Source: Gammaproteobacteria bacterium (lineage in GTDB: Bacteria > Pseudomonadota > Gammaproteobacteria > SZUA-152). Taken from it: 64,000 nucleotides of DNA. Both the position numbers and the translations under genes were made by a program. The DNA lies in NCBI GenBank assembly GCA_011321815.1, contig DROS01000096.1, forward strand, positions 10,750 through 74,749, written 5' to 3'. The notes below the pieces were generated by a model. That model ran no database searches. It saw only the letters and a list, made by a program, of their open reading frames with translations, and was not told where the DNA came from. This document shows positions 60,428 through 64,000 of the stretch, in pieces. How positions within the stretch are numbered: the stretch's first letter is position 1; every line of letters begins with the position of its first letter.

Positions 60428-61633
60428 ATGTTACTCTCTGGTATGAAAATGAACAGTACCTCCTCCCCGGCCCAACTGGATATTGTTGCCATGGCCCCCA
60501 ATGCTTGGGATGGGCCGTGGATGAACCGGCAACAGCTGCTTTCAAGGCTGGGAACCCAACATCATATTATTTATACCAATGGCTTGTGGACGGTATGGGA
60601 CAGACATCAGGCGGCGTGGAAAGAGGCCCCTGTCAAAGGTGATTTCTGTACCCAGGATCAGGTGCTGGTGGACCATTCCCCGAAATTTTTGCTGCGCTGG
60701 CCCAGGTTTTCAATACTTGATCATCTGGCAATCCGTATGGCTGTGCGTCGTTGGACACGCGCACGCAACAGAGGGGAAAACACTCCGCGGGTGGCCTATT
60801 TGTTTCATCCGCAGTTTTATCCGTATGTCAAAAAAATCCAACCCGATTTTGTGGTGTACCATGCCTATGACATGCTCAGTCTGACACCTGAATGGAACAG
60901 TGAACTGGATGCACAGCAGCGGGAACTTTTAGCGATGGCTGATCTGGTGGTGGCATCATCGGATGTTATCGCTGAGGCGCTTGCCACAATCAGCGGAAAG
61001 CCTGTTGAGATGCTGCCCAATGGTGCGGATTTTGATGCTTTTTGTGGTGCGGCTACAGGGAACTGCCCCGAACCTGATGACCTTGCAAACATTCCCCATC
61101 CACGGATTGGCTATGTGGGAAACCTTAATCTCAAGGTTGATTTTCCATTGATTGCATCACTTGCAAAGGAGCACCGAGACTGGAATTTTGTATTTGTTGG
61201 CGGCAAAGGGAAGCTTGACGCCCGCACACAAAAAGGGTTTGACCAATGTGTGCAGCTAAAAAACGTCTGTTTTCTCGGCGCCAAAGACTACCGTGAGATA
61301 CCCGCTTATGCGGCCAACATGGATGTCAATCTCATGTGCTATCGGGTGGAGGGGGATGTATGGACACGCGGCATATATCCACTGAAGCTTCATGAATATC
61401 TAGCCACCGGAAAGCCGGTTGTCAGTTCCCAGATTCCCAGTGTTATTCCTTTTGAATCAAATGTCGCCATTGCCCGTACCACAGACCAGTGGCCGGAATT
61501 AATAGAAGCCGCATTGCGGGGCAATGGCGCGGGCAACGCCGGGCAAAGGCGCGCGGTAGCGAAAGAAAACAGTTGGGATGCGAGGGCAGGGCGGCTGAAT
61601 GTCTGTCTGGCAAATATGCTCAATGGCCAATAA
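60428..61633 (+). CDS. Glycosyltransferase-like protein (GT1-type C-terminal domain)
   Basis: '…KLHEYLATGKPVVSS…' resembles a GT1/GT4 C-terminal motif. The N-terminal half is divergent. Confidence 0.5.
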   Translation: MLLSGMKMNSTSSPAQLDIVAMAPNAWDGPWMNRQQLLSRLGTQHHIIYTNGLWTVWDRHQAAWKEAPVKGDFCTQDQVLVDHSPKFLLRWPRFSILDHLAIRMAVRRWTRARNRGENTPRVAYLFHPQFYPYVKKIQPDFVVYHAYDMLSLTPEWNSELDAQQRELLAMADLVVASSDVIAEALATISGKPVEMLPNGADFDAFCGAATGNCPEPDDLANIPHPRIGYVGNLNLKVDFPLIASLAKEHRDWNFVFVGGKGKLDARTQKGFDQCVQLKNVCFLGAKDYREIPAYAANMDVNLMCYRVEGDVWTRGIYPLKLHEYLATGKPVVSSQIPSVIPFESNVAIARTTDQWPELIEAALRGNGAGNAGQRRAVAKENSWDARAGRLNVCLANMLNGQ

Positions 61634-61717
61634 AGCGCATCAATGTTTCGATACCGTGCTTCTGAGCATATAGTCATGCCCACCTACTTAACACCTGTGA
61701 CAGCGAGAGCCTGACAA

Positions 61718-63055
61718 ATGAGAGACGTAGCTGTAACGCTTATCGTTTTTGGTGTACTGCCGTATATCGTGATGCGGCCTCACATTGGTGTATATGCCTG
61801 GTCGTGGATCGGATATATGTCCCCCCACCGGCTGGGGTGGGGGTTTGCCACTAATTTGCCCTTTGCTGCACTGATTGGCGCGGTAACGCTCGCTGCCCTG
61901 TTTTTTTCAAAAGAGCCAAAGCGTATTCCGATGACACCGGTAACCGTTACCCTGATTCTGTTTCTGGTGTGGATGACGATTACAACACTGTTTGCCATCA
62001 GTCCGGATGAGGCGATGGCGAAACTGTCCAAGATTCTCAAGATACAGCTGGTGATTTTTCTCACCCTGATGTTGTTTAACCATCGTGAGCGCATCCAGGG
62101 TCTGGTTTGGGTCATTGTTATTTCACTGGGGTTTTATGGCGTGAAGGGTGGGATTTTCACATTGATAACCGGTGGACAGTTTCACGTCGTGGGGCCACCC
62201 GGCAGCTTTATTGAAGGTAATACTTCGCTGGCACTGGCTCTGGTGATGGTGCTTCCGCTGATGCGTTATCTGCAAATCCAGGCGGATAACAAATGGGTCA
62301 GGAGAGCGTTTGTTGCAGCAATGGGGCTTACCACGTTAGCGATACTGGGCTCCTATTCCCGGGGGGCCTTGCTTGCGCTCATTACCATGGGGGGCTTTAT
62401 GCTGCTCAAAAGCAGGAAGCGGGGATTGCTGATAGTGGCGCTGATTCTGTCCATTCCCGTGGCTGTTGCGTTTATGCCGGACCGTTGGATGGGACGTATG
62501 CAGTCGGTGCAAAATTATGAAGAGGATTCTTCCGCCATGGGGCGTATCACCGCGTGGATGTTTGCCATTGAGATGGCAAAGGGTCGGTTTTCAGGTGGTG
62601 GTTTTGAGTCTTTTACACCAGCCAACTACCACACCTATGCCCCCGACATTGTGGCGGTGCTGATGGAAAAGGCAGATGGGCGCTATCAGGGGGCGCATAG
62701 CAGCTATTTTTCAGTGCTGGGGGAACACGGTTTTATCGGACTGTTTCTTTTTCTGACTTTGGGTTTTTTGTCATGGCGTACGGGGGCCTGGGTAATGAAA
62801 CAGGCTGCGGATTCAGACAGTTTGTTGTGGGCACGGGATCTCGCAGGAATGGTTCAGGTCAGCCTGATAGGCTTTGCCGTGGGCGGAGCATTTCTTTCGC
62901 TGGCCTATTTTGATCTCCTGTATCACTTGATGGCAATATTGGTTTTGCTGAAATTGCAGGTAGCGCAATCCCTTGCTGCGGGAAACACGGACGGACAATC
63001 GCAGTTATCACGGGATAACCCAAAAATGTCCATGCAACGCAGAGGTGGATATTAA
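61718..63055 (+). CDS. O-antigen-ligase-like (Wzy_C) polytopic membrane protein, exosortase A system-associated
   Basis: The 445-aa product has about 10-12 TM helices and a large periplasmic loop, with the N-terminus 'MRDVAVTLIVFGVLPYIVMRPHIGVYAWSWIGYMSP' as in XrtA-locus O-ligase-like proteins. Confidence 0.75.
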   Translation: MRDVAVTLIVFGVLPYIVMRPHIGVYAWSWIGYMSPHRLGWGFATNLPFAALIGAVTLAALFFSKEPKRIPMTPVTVTLILFLVWMTITTLFAISPDEAMAKLSKILKIQLVIFLTLMLFNHRERIQGLVWVIVISLGFYGVKGGIFTLITGGQFHVVGPPGSFIEGNTSLALALVMVLPLMRYLQIQADNKWVRRAFVAAMGLTTLAILGSYSRGALLALITMGGFMLLKSRKRGLLIVALILSIPVAVAFMPDRWMGRMQSVQNYEEDSSAMGRITAWMFAIEMAKGRFSGGGFESFTPANYHTYAPDIVAVLMEKADGRYQGAHSSYFSVLGEHGFIGLFLFLTLGFLSWRTGAWVMKQAADSDSLLWARDLAGMVQVSLIGFAVGGAFLSLAYFDLLYHLMAILVLLKLQVAQSLAAGNTDGQSQLSRDNPKMSMQRRGGY

Positions 63056-63807
63056 TGGCTCACGAAGATTCTTCGAAAAACAGTAATTTTGAACGCAGCT
63101 GGAAAAAGCGCTTTGGCCAATATGCTGATGCACGGGATGACGATGCGGGTATCGCCGGTTGGACTCAGAGCGGACTGGAGACCCGTGTTCGCAATTTTGA
63201 CACTTTATGGGCTCCGTCAACTGAAGCGCATTTGTGGCTTGACGCAGGCTGCGGTGCGGGTACCTATTCCCGGTTTATGGCCGACAAGGGAAAGCAGGTT
63301 GTCGGGCTGGATTATTGTTATCCTGCTGTGAAAAAGGCATTAAACCGCTGCCCCGACAATGTGGTGTGGGGGGTTGCAGATGTCAAACAATTGCCTGTCG
63401 CGGAGGGACGTTTTGACGGTGCAATATGTTTTGGTGTCACTCAGGCATTGTCAACCTCGGACGACGTGTCCCGGGAACTGGCTGTTGCAGTGAAACCTGG
63501 TGGAGAGGTGTGGATTGATGCGTTGAACAGTGCCTGCCTGCCGCATCTTGTGGGTCGTGTGAAGCGAAAGTTTTTGCAACGGGATATGCACTTGCGCTAT
63601 GAATCGCCACGTCAACTCAGTCGCGCAATGGCGGACGCAGGGATTGTAAAATTGAAACGTTACTGGATTCCTATTTTGCCTTACCGGTTTCAACGCCACC
63701 AATGGTTATTTGAAACCAGGGGGGTGCGTTGGTTGTTGCATGCGCTACCGGTACTCGGTGCACTTTTGAGTCACGGGTTCGTGATAAAAGGATACCGAAA
63801 GCAATGA
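63055..63807 (+). CDS. Class I SAM-dependent methyltransferase
   Basis: It has motif I 'LDAGCGAGTYS', is 250 aa long, and overlaps the upstream stop by ATGG coupling. Confidence 0.75.
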   Translation: MAHEDSSKNSNFERSWKKRFGQYADARDDDAGIAGWTQSGLETRVRNFDTLWAPSTEAHLWLDAGCGAGTYSRFMADKGKQVVGLDYCYPAVKKALNRCPDNVVWGVADVKQLPVAEGRFDGAICFGVTQALSTSDDVSRELAVAVKPGGEVWIDALNSACLPHLVGRVKRKFLQRDMHLRYESPRQLSRAMADAGIVKLKRYWIPILPYRFQRHQWLFETRGVRWLLHALPVLGALLSHGFVIKGYRKQ

Positions 63808-63845
63808 ACAGTCATTCCGTTTTTATCACAAAAGGGATGGTTCGA

Positions 63846-64000
63846 TGAGGGCATTGATGCGGACAGCGGGCTCCATTGCTTCTTCAAAGGGCGCCAGCGC
63901 CCGGTTGCTTATTCTGTTTTATCATCGTGTACATCCGGTTGCTGATCCGTTACGCCCAAGCGATGTGGATGCGGAAACGTTCGATTGGCAAATGGAGACT
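63846..64000 (+). CDS. 5' end of an unidentified CDS (continues beyond the window), possibly a polysaccharide deacetylase-like protein
   Basis: The ORF is open to the window end. Its N-terminus '…LLILFYHRV…' resembles the start of NodB-like deacetylases. Confidence 0.3.

Overview
This 64-kb window from a proteobacterial chromosome (about 50% GC) runs from a housekeeping block into a large exopolysaccharide (EPS) island of the exosortase A (XrtA) / PEP-CTERM type. The housekeeping block is ppiD (3' end), fabI, a YejABEF-like peptide ABC importer, mltD, gloB, a methyltransferase-like gene, rnhA and dnaQ, followed by a GGDEF-EAL signalling protein and a rhodanese. The EPS island starts with three nucleotide-sugar genes (UDP-glucuronate 4-epimerase, a TviB/WecC-type dehydrogenase, ugd). 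It continues with an EpsB-like priming sugar transferase, the PrsK/PrsR/PrsT regulatory triad (histidine kinase, sigma-54 activator, TPR lipoprotein), a Wza-like exporter, a Wzz-like chain-length determinant, a BY-kinase and a PEP-CTERM-associated beta-barrel. After that come wecB, a polysaccharide deacetylase, a FemAB-like protein, a PLP-decarboxylase, several GT1/GT4 glycosyltransferases, an XrtA-EpsI fusion, an AsnB-like amidotransferase, a PaaK-like ligase, a heparinase II/III-like protein, an O-antigen-ligase-like protein and a methyltransferase. An opposite-strand three-gene operon is embedded in the island at 38470-42597: a 168-aa unknown protein, a 398-aa unknown protein, and an 818-aa fusion of a Ser/Thr protein kinase with a LanC-like lanthionine cyclase domain. 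This does not match a canonical class I-IV lanthipeptide layout and is the best candidate for an undescribed post-translational modification system. Next to it lies a 1019-aa secreted multi-domain surface protein with a non-PEP C-terminal anchor and a 285-bp internal tandem repeat. Two small repeat families are present: a 167-bp MITE-like element with 22-bp terminal inverted repeats (two intact and two degenerate copies) and a roughly 110-bp REP-like element (two copies). G9 and A10 homopolymer tracts occur inside three EPS genes. All annotation is from reading the sequence and translated ORFs only; no database search was possible.
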